Under the pieces are notes generated by a model. It searched no databases. It was given only the letters and a program-made list of their open reading frames with translations, and was not told the DNA's origin. The position numbers were made by a program, and so were the translations under genes. A stretch of DNA of 27,704 bases from NCBI GenBank assembly GCA_029856155.1, contig JAHQWL010000066.1, positions 1-27,704 on the forward strand. Direction: 5' to 3'. This DNA is from Promethearchaeia archaeon. GTDB taxonomy: Archaea; Asgardarchaeota; Lokiarchaeia; Sigyniarchaeales; SOKP01. Positions 1-8,933 of this stretch are shown piece by piece; position 1 is the stretch's first letter, and each line of letters starts with the position of its first letter.

Positions 1-72
1 GTCTAAAATACTATTGATTAGAAATTGGTATTTCTCATCAGATTCTTTTAATAAACTCTCACTTTCAGTCAA
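1..72 (-). CDS. 5' end of a PAS-domain signalling protein (partial, runs off the window start)
   Basis: Manual translation from TTG at 72 gives (M)TESESLLKESDEKYQFLINSILD. The LKESxEKY..L...D pattern is the typical helix entering a PAS domain. GGTGAG SD at 83..78. Confidence 0.7.
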   Translation of the reverse strand, partial: MTESESLLKESDEKYQFLINSILD

Positions 73-250
73 AAAAACTCACCCTATGAAAATTATATAT
101 TTACCTGATTATGGAGGGAAAAAATTGCAAGGATTGTTATGAATAATTTAGATGTTACTTACTTATTTAATAATTAGCATCTGAGATTCTGGTTTTGAAT
201 TCTAATTGATACTTTTTTAATGAAATTTACCTATATTTACTTAGTTTAAA

Positions 251-826
251 ATGAAGACTACAATTGAGCTGATAAAATTAGGAAACATAGACCAATCTAT
301 TTTAGTGAACTTAAAGAAAAACCTAAAACGGACATTTAGTATATTCAACTTATCTGTCAATATTATTCATAAAGCAATTTCACTTGAACAAAGAGAATAT
401 GATCCAAAAAGAAGTCAATATGATGCGTTAAAAATTTTAAAAAAAATAATTAATCTTACCAAGAATAAACAATTTTTTCGAACCTTAGGAATTATGGATG
501 AAGACATATATTCCAATACTTTAAATTTTGTATTTGGTATAGCAATTAATCCAAAAAGCAGAAAACCAGGATTCCCTATTATAGCATTAATCTCACTTAC
601 AAGACTTAGAGAAAAATTTTATCGAAGGCCTGAAAATACAGCCCTTTTTGAATTGAGGATACTAAAAGAAGCTATCCACGAACTTGGGCACACCTTTAGT
701 TTAGAACATTGTGGTAATTCTTGTATAATGCAATTTTCAAATACTCTAATGGATACAGATAAGAAACCTCCGCAATTTTGTGAATCTTGCTTGAAAAAAT
801 TGACTATTTTCTTTAAGAACTTGTAA
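251..826 (+). CDS. amzA: Archaemetzincin (peptidase M54) zinc metalloprotease
   Basis: HELGHTFSLEHC zinc motif, Met-turn CIMQFS, FCESC Cys pair, and NFVFG motif. Confidence 0.92.
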   Translation: MKTTIELIKLGNIDQSILVNLKKNLKRTFSIFNLSVNIIHKAISLEQREYDPKRSQYDALKILKKIINLTKNKQFFRTLGIMDEDIYSNTLNFVFGIAINPKSRKPGFPIIALISLTRLREKFYRRPENTALFELRILKEAIHELGHTFSLEHCGNSCIMQFSNTLMDTDKKPPQFCESCLKKLTIFFKNL

Positions 827-834
827 TAACCTTT

Positions 835-1836
835 TTAATATTTCTGCTTAAAAACGATGTAAAGCTCCTCACTGATTTTCAAGATTTTTTTACTATTCTT
901 AACTAATTTTATTAAATCAGGAGGGATATTTTGTATACCGAAATAACTTCCAGCCAAACTTCCTCCTATTGCTCCAACTGTGTCACTATCCCCACCAGCT
1001 GTTGCAAGCTCGAAAATACACTCTTTGAATGAAGTTAATCTTTTTAAAAAGATGAAAATTGCACAAATCACAGTACTTATGGTATATGGATGAACAAAAG
1101 CTTGACCTAAATAATCTTCGATAAAATATGGTGATTTAACTCCCGCTTGTGAAAATTTAATTAATCCTGATTCAATTGGTACATTTAATTTCGATTTCAA
1201 TTTATTCAAGATTTTAATAAATTCTTCCCATACCTCATCTTGAGAATTAGCAATTGAATTAGTTATAACTTCAAAAAACTCATCTATGGAAAAACCATTC
1301 TCGGGATTTTTATCTAATAAAAATGCAATAGCACTTGCTATAACTACTGCTCCTGCTGAAGCCGCTGGATGAGCGTGGGTAATTACACTCGATTTAATTG
1401 CCGTTGCTTTTAATGCTTTTGGATCTTTACAAAAATATAAACCAACAGGGGCAATCCTCATAGTAGTTCCATTTCCCCCTGAATTAGAAGCTGCTTCTTT
1501 CCATGGAACACCTGATTTTAATTTTCTGATTGAGGATATACAACCATAACCAGGACCAATAGGAGGATCATCTAACCAATTTATATATTCATCGATAACT
1601 TGTTCAATTTTAAATCCATCACCTTTAATTAAAGCTTCAGCTGTGTGGAGTGTTAATTGTGTATCGTCAGTATACGTTCTAAATATAGATTTATTTTTTT
1701 GAATAAAATCATCAAAATCATCAAAATAACTATATATTTGGGAACGAAGCTTTCCTTCAAAAGGATGCCCCAAGGTGTCTCCTATTGCTACACCCAATAA
1801 ACAACCTTGGAATTTGTCTAGAAGATTTATTTCCAT
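835..1836 (-). CDS. ADP-ribosylglycohydrolase (DraG/ARH family)
   Basis: GCLLGVAIGDTLG, YTDDTQ, GNGTTMRIAP, ITH and GGDSDTVGAIGGSLAG motifs. Confidence 0.93.
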   Translation of the reverse strand: MEINLLDKFQGCLLGVAIGDTLGHPFEGKLRSQIYSYFDDFDDFIQKNKSIFRTYTDDTQLTLHTAEALIKGDGFKIEQVIDEYINWLDDPPIGPGYGCISSIRKLKSGVPWKEAASNSGGNGTTMRIAPVGLYFCKDPKALKATAIKSSVITHAHPAASAGAVVIASAIAFLLDKNPENGFSIDEFFEVITNSIANSQDEVWEEFIKILNKLKSKLNVPIESGLIKFSQAGVKSPYFIEDYLGQAFVHPYTISTVICAIFIFLKRLTSFKECIFELATAGGDSDTVGAIGGSLAGSYFGIQNIPPDLIKLVKNSKKILKISEELYIVFKQKY

Positions 1837-2022
1837 ATTATATCAATAATAAGTTTGAATTATAAAATTTCTCTCTACTAATTTTTTTTCTTTAAATATA
1901 GATAGAAAATAGATCTTTGAATAGAATCTATAAAAATTATAATGTTAGTAATAAGGCTTATATATGAATTTTACTAGTTAATGTTTTAAATTATAGATTA
2001 AAATGATATCAAGAGGATTTAA

Positions 2023-2928
2023 ATGGCCAAGATAGATAAATTGAATAATGTGATTACTGCTATGATAACTCCATTTAATGAAGACTTATCAATCGATGAA
2101 GAGAAGTATAGAGAATTTATTAGGTTTCAAATTGAAAATGATTGTCAAATCTTAACCATGGGTACAACTGGTGAAAGTGCAACCTTGTCCCACGAAGAAC
2201 ACCATAAAGCAATGGATATCGCAGTAGACGAAGCTCAGAGAAGTAAAAAAACCCCATTTGTATTAGCTGGCGCAGGGAGCAATTCTACAAAAGAAGCAGT
2301 TTCCTTATCTCAGTATGCTGAAAAAATTGGAGCAGATGGAATACTACAAGTAGTACCATATTATAATAAACCAGTGCAGCATTCTTTAATTGATCATTTT
2401 TCGGCTATTGCAGATTCTGTATCATTACCCATAATACTATACAACGTCCCTAGTCGTACTGGAAGAAATTTAGAGCCTGAAACGATATCTAAGCTAGCAT
2501 ATTCTAAAGATAACATCGTGGGGATAAAATGTGCCAGTGGAGACATTGATCAAATAACAAAAATAATTAAAACTACACCAGATGATTTTATTGTCTTAAG
2601 TGGAGACGATAGTATGACATATCACATAATGGCATTAGGAGGAAAAGGAGTTATAAGTGTAGCCTCTAATATTATTCCATTAAAAATATTTGAATTCACT
2701 AATACTATGCTTAATAATGACTGGAAAAAAGCTAGGGATATGCAATTAGAACTATATGCTTTATTCAAGGTTCTGTTCATCGAAACAAATCCAGGACCCG
2801 TGAAATTTGCTGCTGAAATTATGGGTATAATGGATAAAAGGATGAGAATGCCATTAACTCCCCCATTGGAAACAAATCAGAAAAAAATTATAGAAGTATT
2901 AGAAAATTTAAATCTAATTCAATTGTAA
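2023..2928 (+). CDS. dapA: 4-hydroxy-tetrahydrodipicolinate synthase
   Basis: GTTGES, PYYNKP, LYNVPSRTG, GIKCASG (Schiff-base Lys) and ETNPGPVK motifs; adjacent to dapB. Confidence 0.96.
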   Translation: MAKIDKLNNVITAMITPFNEDLSIDEEKYREFIRFQIENDCQILTMGTTGESATLSHEEHHKAMDIAVDEAQRSKKTPFVLAGAGSNSTKEAVSLSQYAEKIGADGILQVVPYYNKPVQHSLIDHFSAIADSVSLPIILYNVPSRTGRNLEPETISKLAYSKDNIVGIKCASGDIDQITKIIKTTPDDFIVLSGDDSMTYHIMALGGKGVISVASNIIPLKIFEFTNTMLNNDWKKARDMQLELYALFKVLFIETNPGPVKFAAEIMGIMDKRMRMPLTPPLETNQKKIIEVLENLNLIQL

Positions 2929-2942
2929 CTGGGGCTTAAATT

Positions 2943-3764
2943 ATGATTAAATTATTGATCTTAGGGCCAACTGGTTTTACTAGCAAGCTAATAAGTAAAT
3001 TAGCAATAGCAGACCAAGAAATAAATGTTGTGGCGGCATGCGATATCACTAATATTGGTGATGATTTAGGTTTATTAATAGGTGTAAAAGATCCAAATAA
3101 TATAAAAATAAATGATATAAATAATCTTCAAAAAGTAATTAATGAATCTAACCCAGATGTAGTAGTAGATTTTACAGTGGCACAAGCAACTGAAAAAAAT
3201 TGTATAATATGTGTTGAGAACGGAATACGATGTGTAATTGGTACCACTGCATTGTCAGAAGAATTTTTAAATAAATTTGAAGAACTTGTTAAAAAAAATA
3301 AAGCACCAGCGGTTATATCACCTAATATGGCTACTGGAATAAATATACTCTTTAAAATGGCATCAATACTCACTAAATATTTAGCTGATTGGGATATTGA
3401 AGTGTTAGAAGCGCATCATCATAGAAAAGTTGATGCTCCAAGCGGTACTGCAATGAAAATTGGACAAATAATAAGTAATGAACTTGGTTCTAATTTTGAA
3501 GATATTGCTAAATTTGGTCGGAGTAGGGGACCTAATAAGCGCTCAGTTGGCGCCAAAAATGAAATTGGAATTCATTCTATTAGAGCGGGTGATATTGTAG
3601 GAGATCATACAATATTGTATTGTGGACCAGGAGAAAGAATTGAATTGAAACATCAAGCTCATAGTAGAGAATGCTTTGCTAACGGGGCAATTGGAGCAAT
3701 TAAATTTATTTCAACTGCTAAAGAAAATAAGATATACTCCACAAGTGAAGTATTAGGCTTATAA
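2943..3764 (+). CDS. dapB: 4-hydroxy-tetrahydrodipicolinate reductase
   Basis: VDFT, IGTT, PNMATG, EAHHHRKVDAPSGTA and IHSIRAGDIVGDH motifs. Confidence 0.96.
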   Translation: MIKLLILGPTGFTSKLISKLAIADQEINVVAACDITNIGDDLGLLIGVKDPNNIKINDINNLQKVINESNPDVVVDFTVAQATEKNCIICVENGIRCVIGTTALSEEFLNKFEELVKKNKAPAVISPNMATGINILFKMASILTKYLADWDIEVLEAHHHRKVDAPSGTAMKIGQIISNELGSNFEDIAKFGRSRGPNKRSVGAKNEIGIHSIRAGDIVGDHTILYCGPGERIELKHQAHSRECFANGAIGAIKFISTAKENKIYSTSEVLGL

Positions 3765-3798
3765 AAGGAAATCTTCTTGATAATAAAGCTAATAGATA

Positions 3799-3950
3799 AG
3801 ATAAAATTATAAAAAAGATCAGTGCAGATCAGTATTATCATCAATCTTCTTAGTTGTAAAACTTTACATAGATTTCATTTTGCCAACACTTCATCGAGAG
3901 CATTAAGGGGTATCCAAGCCCTAATCGTCCCAATTTTTATAATTTTATCT
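3799..3950. repeat. Perfect 17-bp inverted repeat enclosing 118 bp
   Basis: 3799-3815 AGATAAAATTATAAAAA is the exact reverse complement of 3934-3950 TTTTTATAATTTTATCT. Confidence 0.9.
3817..3931 (-). ncRNA. Candidate structured RNA with C/D-box or K-turn-like motifs
   Basis: On the minus strand: 5' hairpin 3931..3896, AUGAAG (3894..3889), AUGA (3878..3875), UGAUGA (3843..3838), CUGA (3832..3829 and 3822..3819), then a U-tract. Stems AGUGUUG/UAAUACU and AAUCU/AGAUU each adjoin tandem GA pairs. G.U pairs work only on the minus strand. Confidence 0.55.
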
Positions 3951-4009
3951 CAATATAATAATAATAGACTTAAATTTTTATTTTTGTTGTTTGACCAAAG
4001 TAAAAAGAA

Positions 4010-5323
4010 TTATTTTAAATAATCCGGAACTGTTTGATTTCTAATTAGATCATCAAATGTTTCTTCATTACGGATTTTGTATAAATTACCATCATTTATT
4101 AATAGTTCTGCAGGTCTAGGTCTTGAATTATATGGGCTACTCATTGTATATCCATAGGCACCAGCATCTAAAATTGCTAGATAATCTCCTTCGTTCAATT
4201 CGGGTAATTCTCTGTCTTTGCCGAGGACATCTCCCGATTCACATATAGGTCCTACAATGTCATATTTTAATATTTTTTTTTTGTGTTTCTCGTTGCAATT
4301 TATTATATGATGATATGAACCATACATCGTGGGTCGAATTAAAGTGTTAAATCCCGCATCTAACCCGGCAAATAATTTATAACCATTATCTTTTATGGTG
4401 TTTATTTGTGTTAAAATAATGCTTGATTCTGCTGAAATATAACGTCCTGGTTCAATAAAAAGAAATGGCTCACCAATTTCGCCTTTTTCTACAATTTCTT
4501 TAAATCTAGTAAACACAATTTCGCTATATATATTTAAATCAAGGGGATCCTGTTCTGGACGATAGGGAATTCCAAGACCTCCACCAAAGTCTACAAACTC
4601 AAATTGAATCCCTAATTGCGATGACAATTTTTCTATAATGGTTATAAATTTCTCAATAGGTTTTTCATAATCTTTTGCGTTAATAATCCCTGACCCGATA
4701 TGTTGGTGAATCCCGAATTTTTTAAAACCCAAGTCCCTTGCCTTAGAATACACTTTAATCATCTGATTCTCTAATATACCGAATTTAATCTCCTTCCCTG
4801 CTGTTATGGTATGAGGATGATGTCCAGCCCCAAATTCGGGATTAAATCTAAAAGAAAGGATTCTTTTATCTTTTCCATTTTTTTCATATAAGTTTGCTAA
4901 CCTAATTAATTGACTATAGCTGTCTAAGTTCGTTAATATATCATTATCAATAGCAAATTTGAAATCATTATTCGTGAACATATTTCCGGTATAAATTATT
5001 CGTTCTGGGGAGATACCTGAACTTAAACAAGCATGGATCTCTCCTGTTGATGAGCAATCAAAATTCGATCTTTCAGAAACTAGTATTTTTAAAATCGATA
5101 AATTAGTATTTGACTTTACAGCAAAGTAAATCTTATTTTTTTTATATCCTGAATTCAATGTATCTTTTAATTCTCGATATCTCTTTCGAATCGTTTTTTC
5201 ATTTATAATATAAATTGGAGTTCTGAATTTTTCTGCAATTCCTAATGTGTTTAAATTGGCAAAATAAAGACCTCCATCTCGATATTCTAAATCTTTCCTG
5301 CTCAACCAGTCAATATAATTCAT
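4010..5323 (-). CDS. lysA: Diaminopimelate decarboxylase
   Basis: FAVKSN (PLP Lys), KFGI, HQHIGS, DFGGGLG, EPGRY, GPICESGD, GAYG and YNSRPRPAE motifs. Confidence 0.97.
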   Translation of the reverse strand: MNYIDWLSRKDLEYRDGGLYFANLNTLGIAEKFRTPIYIINEKTIRKRYRELKDTLNSGYKKNKIYFAVKSNTNLSILKILVSERSNFDCSSTGEIHACLSSGISPERIIYTGNMFTNNDFKFAIDNDILTNLDSYSQLIRLANLYEKNGKDKRILSFRFNPEFGAGHHPHTITAGKEIKFGILENQMIKVYSKARDLGFKKFGIHQHIGSGIINAKDYEKPIEKFITIIEKLSSQLGIQFEFVDFGGGLGIPYRPEQDPLDLNIYSEIVFTRFKEIVEKGEIGEPFLFIEPGRYISAESSIILTQINTIKDNGYKLFAGLDAGFNTLIRPTMYGSYHHIINCNEKHKKKILKYDIVGPICESGDVLGKDRELPELNEGDYLAILDAGAYGYTMSSPYNSRPRPAELLINDGNLYKIRNEETFDDLIRNQTVPDYLK

Positions 5324-5398
5324 AATCCTAAAAATCTAGGTCATTAAAGTGATACATATCTTAGAAAACTAAATTATTCTTATCTTAAAAGTAAATCG

Positions 5399-6280
5399 TT
5401 AAACCTCGATCCTCTCAATTATACCATCAAAAACTTTTTCTATCGGACCTTCCATAAAAACTCTTTTGCCAGTATAGGTAATCTTTAAATCCCCGCCGTC
5501 ATTATGCACTAATATAGGTTTATTTTCTTTAAAAATACCTAATATAGTACCTGCTACAATAGACGCACAAGCCCCCGTACCACATGATTTAGTGATTCCA
5601 ACTCCTCTTTCAAAAACTCTCACAATAGCCTCTTCTTCGGAGATTACTTTGACGAATTCAACATTTACCTTATTTGGAAAGCGATCATGAGATTCTATTG
5701 CCGCTCCATACATGTTTAAATTGCCATCATTTAGTTGCTCTTTAGTAAATATAACAGCGTGAGGATTGCCCATTGAAACAGCTGTAAAGTTAAATATTTT
5801 ATCCAAAATCACTAATTGTTCATTAACACATCGATTAACTAAGCTGTCTAAGATAACAGGGATTTCTTCACAATTCAGAATTGGTGCACCCATATCAATT
5901 TCAACACTATTAACTTTATCATTAATAATGTTAAGTTTTGCTACCAAGATTCCCTTGAGAGTTTCTATTTTAATCTCATCTTTTTTAACAATATCATTCT
6001 CATAGATATATTTTGAAAAACATCTTATCCCATTCCCACACATTTCCGCTTCTAATCCATCATTATTAAATATCCTCATTTTAATATCAGCATCTTTAGA
6101 TTCACATACGAATAGTAATCCATCTGCTCCTATTGAAAAATGAATTTCACACAAGTTTAGTGCTAAAAGTGATTTTTTTTCTTCTGGAATATTCCATAAA
6201 ATATCATTAATTATTACATAATCATTACCAAGTCCATGATATTTACCAAAATCCAAATTTTCTAAAATTAAATACTCCAT
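5399..6280 (-). CDS. dapF: Diaminopimelate epimerase
   Basis: KYHGLGNDY, IGADG, AEMCGNGIRC, SMGNPH and ERGVGITKSCGTGA motifs. Confidence 0.97.
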   Translation of the reverse strand: MEYLILENLDFGKYHGLGNDYVIINDILWNIPEEKKSLLALNLCEIHFSIGADGLLFVCESKDADIKMRIFNNDGLEAEMCGNGIRCFSKYIYENDIVKKDEIKIETLKGILVAKLNIINDKVNSVEIDMGAPILNCEEIPVILDSLVNRCVNEQLVILDKIFNFTAVSMGNPHAVIFTKEQLNDGNLNMYGAAIESHDRFPNKVNVEFVKVISEEEAIVRVFERGVGITKSCGTGACASIVAGTILGIFKENKPILVHNDGGDLKITYTGKRVFMEGPIEKVFDGIIERIEV

Positions 6281-6419
6281 GAAATCTCTAAGGTATATGC
6301 TTAAGACAATATTATTAAATTTTATTCAAAATTCAACAAAAAGATCTAAAGTGAATTTTAATTAAAACTCATAATTATATTATAATATATTTTTTGAATA
6401 TGTTGCGGTAACTTTTATA

Positions 6420-6965
6420 ATGAAATATAAAAAGATATTGATATCAATTTTTTTGCTTTTAATGATAGGTCCAATTAATAATGCTATAGCTTTCACTTAT
6501 ATTGATAATAACAATAATGGAAATTACACTTTCTTCCTAATTGACTTGGATGTAGGTAATAATATTGAGCTTAGTGTAACTCATTCTGAAAACGGAAATT
6601 TTACTCTTTTTATATTTAATAAACGCCCCATACAATCATATGTGAATAATGATAATACATTAAATAAGGTCATTTTTGATAATCCAGCAACTGTTGCCTC
6701 TAGTCTGGACGATAATCCATATATAAATTATACGGCAACAGAAGAAAAAATTTATTATATTGAGATAATATTAATCAGTGGTGGACCAGATACTTTTTTC
6801 TTTACATCCACTATTAGATATAGCAATGGAACAGTTATAAATAAAGATTTAACAAGATATTATCTTCCGATCATACCTGGTTTTCCTTTAGAATTCTTAT
6901 TAATCTCTTTTACAATTGCGATAGGAACAATATTGATTCTGTATAAAAAGAGAAAAAGCAAATAA
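6420..6965 (+). CDS. Secreted/surface protein with C-terminal IPGF-TM-basic sorting signal (PGF-/Loki-CTERM type)
   Basis: N-terminal signal peptide MKYKKILISIFLLLMIGPINNAIA; several N-x-T sequons; C-terminus IIPGFP + hydrophobic helix + KKRKSK. Confidence 0.75.
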   Translation: MKYKKILISIFLLLMIGPINNAIAFTYIDNNNNGNYTFFLIDLDVGNNIELSVTHSENGNFTLFIFNKRPIQSYVNNDNTLNKVIFDNPATVASSLDDNPYINYTATEEKIYYIEIILISGGPDTFFFTSTIRYSNGTVINKDLTRYYLPIIPGFPLEFLLISFTIAIGTILILYKKRKSK

Positions 6966-7081
6966 AATAATCTTTTTAATAAATCCAGAAAAATTTTATT
7001 CTAAGTATTTTTTTGAAATTTTATTAGGTTTAATAGATTATTATCCTAAATCTAAATATTAAAAGAAAAAAATAACTTGAA

Positions 7082-8755
7082 ATGTATGAAAAAAAACCAT
7101 GGTTAAAGTTTTATGATAAACACGTTCCTGATCATATTGAATATCCTCGAACTACCATGTATAATGCAGTATTACAAACTGCTGAGAAATATCCTAACTC
7201 TATAGCCTATGATTTTATGGGATATGAATCTACTTATACACAAATGATTAAAGAAATCGATCAGTGTGCAAAAGCTTTAGCTAGCTTAGGATTGAATAAA
7301 GGAGATCGAATGACAATATCTATGCCGACAACCCCTCAAGGAATTATTTGTTTTTATGCAATAAATAAAATTGGAGCCGTCGCAAGCATGATTCATCCAT
7401 TAAGTCCTCCAAACCAGATTGAATTCTTTTTAAACTTGAGTAATAGTTCATTTATGCTTACTATTGATAAAGTTTTTCCTAATGTCGAAAAAGTTATGGA
7501 AAGCACGCCACTAAAAATGGTAATTTTAACCCAGCTAGGTCCAGAAGGAATGAATATTCCGGAAAATCCTAAAATTCAATGGTGGAAATATATCATGGCT
7601 AATTATTACTCTGAAATACCTAAAATTGAGAGGGATCCCGATGATATGGTGGTAATTTTGTATTCAGGAGGAACTACTGGTGTTCCTAAGGGAATAATGC
7701 TCTCAAATTACAATTTTATAACTGAAGGAACACAAGTTGCTACATGGATGAATTTATCAGATAAGGATTCAGCTCTTGCAATTTTACCAATCTTTCATGG
7801 TTTTGGCCTTGGTGTGTGTGTTAATGCAGTATTCATGGGAGGTGGAAAAAGTATCCTGGTGCCATCATTTACTCCGGATCAAGTAGCAGAATTAATTAAT
7901 ACTAAAAAACCAAACCTGATATTTGGGGTTCCAACATTATTTGAAGCTCTCAACCGAAATTCCACATTTCAAAACACAAATTTAAGCTTTTTAAAAGCAG
8001 CCTTTTGTGGTGCAGATACCCTACCACGTACAACAAAAGAGAAATTTGAAGAGATATGTAGAAAAAATGGATCAAATGTTCAACTCAGAGAAGGGTATGG
8101 ATTAACTGAAGCTGTTACTGGAATTTGTGCTATGCCCTTAGGTGAATATCGGGAAGGAAGTATTGGAATTCCCTTCCCAGATATGATGATGAAAATAGTA
8201 GAGTTAGGGACTACAAAAGAAGTTCCAATTGGTCAAGAAGGTGAATTATGCATTCATGGACCTGCTGTAATGTTAGGTTATTTAAATAAACCAGAAGAAA
8301 CTGCTAAAACATTAAAAAAACACGAAGATGGAAAAATCTGGCTCCATACTGGAGATATTGCTACTATGGATGAAGATGGATTCTTCTACTTTAAAATTAG
8401 ATTAAAACGAATGATAAAATCTTCTGGTTTTAATGTATATCCCGCTCAAGTCGAAGATATTCTTTATAAGCATTCCGATGTCCTTGAGGCATGCGTTATT
8501 GGTGTACCTGATGAAAAGCAAGTTGAGATAGTGAAAGCTTTTGTAGTCTTAAAAGATCCTAATAAAGAAAGTAAAGAAATGGAAAAAAACTTAATTACCC
8601 ACTGTAATGAGAATTTAATTAAATGGAGCTGCCCCCGAGAAATTGAATTTAGTAAGCAATTACCAAAGACTCTTGTTGGAAAAATAGATTTTAAACAGTT
8701 AGAAGAACAAGAAAAAGAAAGATTAAAGACTGCCGGGAAATATTATGGCGAATAA
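7082..8755 (+). CDS. Long-chain-fatty-acid--CoA ligase (AMP-binding/ANL family)
   Basis: YSGGTTGVPKG, LPIFHGFG, EGYGLTE, WLHTGD, RLKRMIK and LPKTLVGK motifs. Confidence 0.9.
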   Translation: MYEKKPWLKFYDKHVPDHIEYPRTTMYNAVLQTAEKYPNSIAYDFMGYESTYTQMIKEIDQCAKALASLGLNKGDRMTISMPTTPQGIICFYAINKIGAVASMIHPLSPPNQIEFFLNLSNSSFMLTIDKVFPNVEKVMESTPLKMVILTQLGPEGMNIPENPKIQWWKYIMANYYSEIPKIERDPDDMVVILYSGGTTGVPKGIMLSNYNFITEGTQVATWMNLSDKDSALAILPIFHGFGLGVCVNAVFMGGGKSILVPSFTPDQVAELINTKKPNLIFGVPTLFEALNRNSTFQNTNLSFLKAAFCGADTLPRTTKEKFEEICRKNGSNVQLREGYGLTEAVTGICAMPLGEYREGSIGIPFPDMMMKIVELGTTKEVPIGQEGELCIHGPAVMLGYLNKPEETAKTLKKHEDGKIWLHTGDIATMDEDGFFYFKIRLKRMIKSSGFNVYPAQVEDILYKHSDVLEACVIGVPDEKQVEIVKAFVVLKDPNKESKEMEKNLITHCNENLIKWSCPREIEFSKQLPKTLVGKIDFKQLEEQEKERLKTAGKYYGE

Positions 8756-8933
8756 ATCTGAATCTAAAATGAAATTACGAAATTCGACATCTATTCTATT
8801 TAAATAATTGTCAAATTCAATAAACAAATTTTAAATTTTTTATAATGTTTTTTTCAATATCGTTATATATTAAATATAAAAAATGTGATGTAAAATTTCC
8901 TTCGATGAATTAAGTAAAAAATTAGCAAAATTT

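Noticed and set aside
86-142. Short + strand ORF MKIIYLPDYGGKKLQGLL with an internal GGAGG
   Set aside because: Only 18 codons in a divergent promoter region, with no supporting features
3128-3373. Antisense ORFs within real genes (also 5766..6005, 8932..9138, 9429..9611, 18577..18759, 19258..19494, 19576..19983, 21099..21287, 21571..21756, 21847..22122, 24685..24951)
   Set aside because: Shadows of well-supported genes on the opposite strand, with no recognisable motifs
3825-3895. Functional SECIS for an adjacent gene
   Set aside because: lysA and dapF have no in-frame TGA and end in TAA; kept only as an alternative structural resemblance
3817-3931. 5S rRNA or tRNA (similar length, flanking stem)
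   Set aside because: No CGAAC loop C or terminal helix I of 5S, and no cloverleaf or TTCRA loop
3765-4009. Lysine riboswitch among the lysine genes
   Set aside because: It lies 3' of both transcription units and lacks the AGAGG.GC / GCCGAA consensus
3659-4022. ORFs 3659..3844 (-) and 3822..4022 (+)
   Set aside because: They overlap the dapB/lysA ends and have no motifs. The region is better explained as structured RNA.
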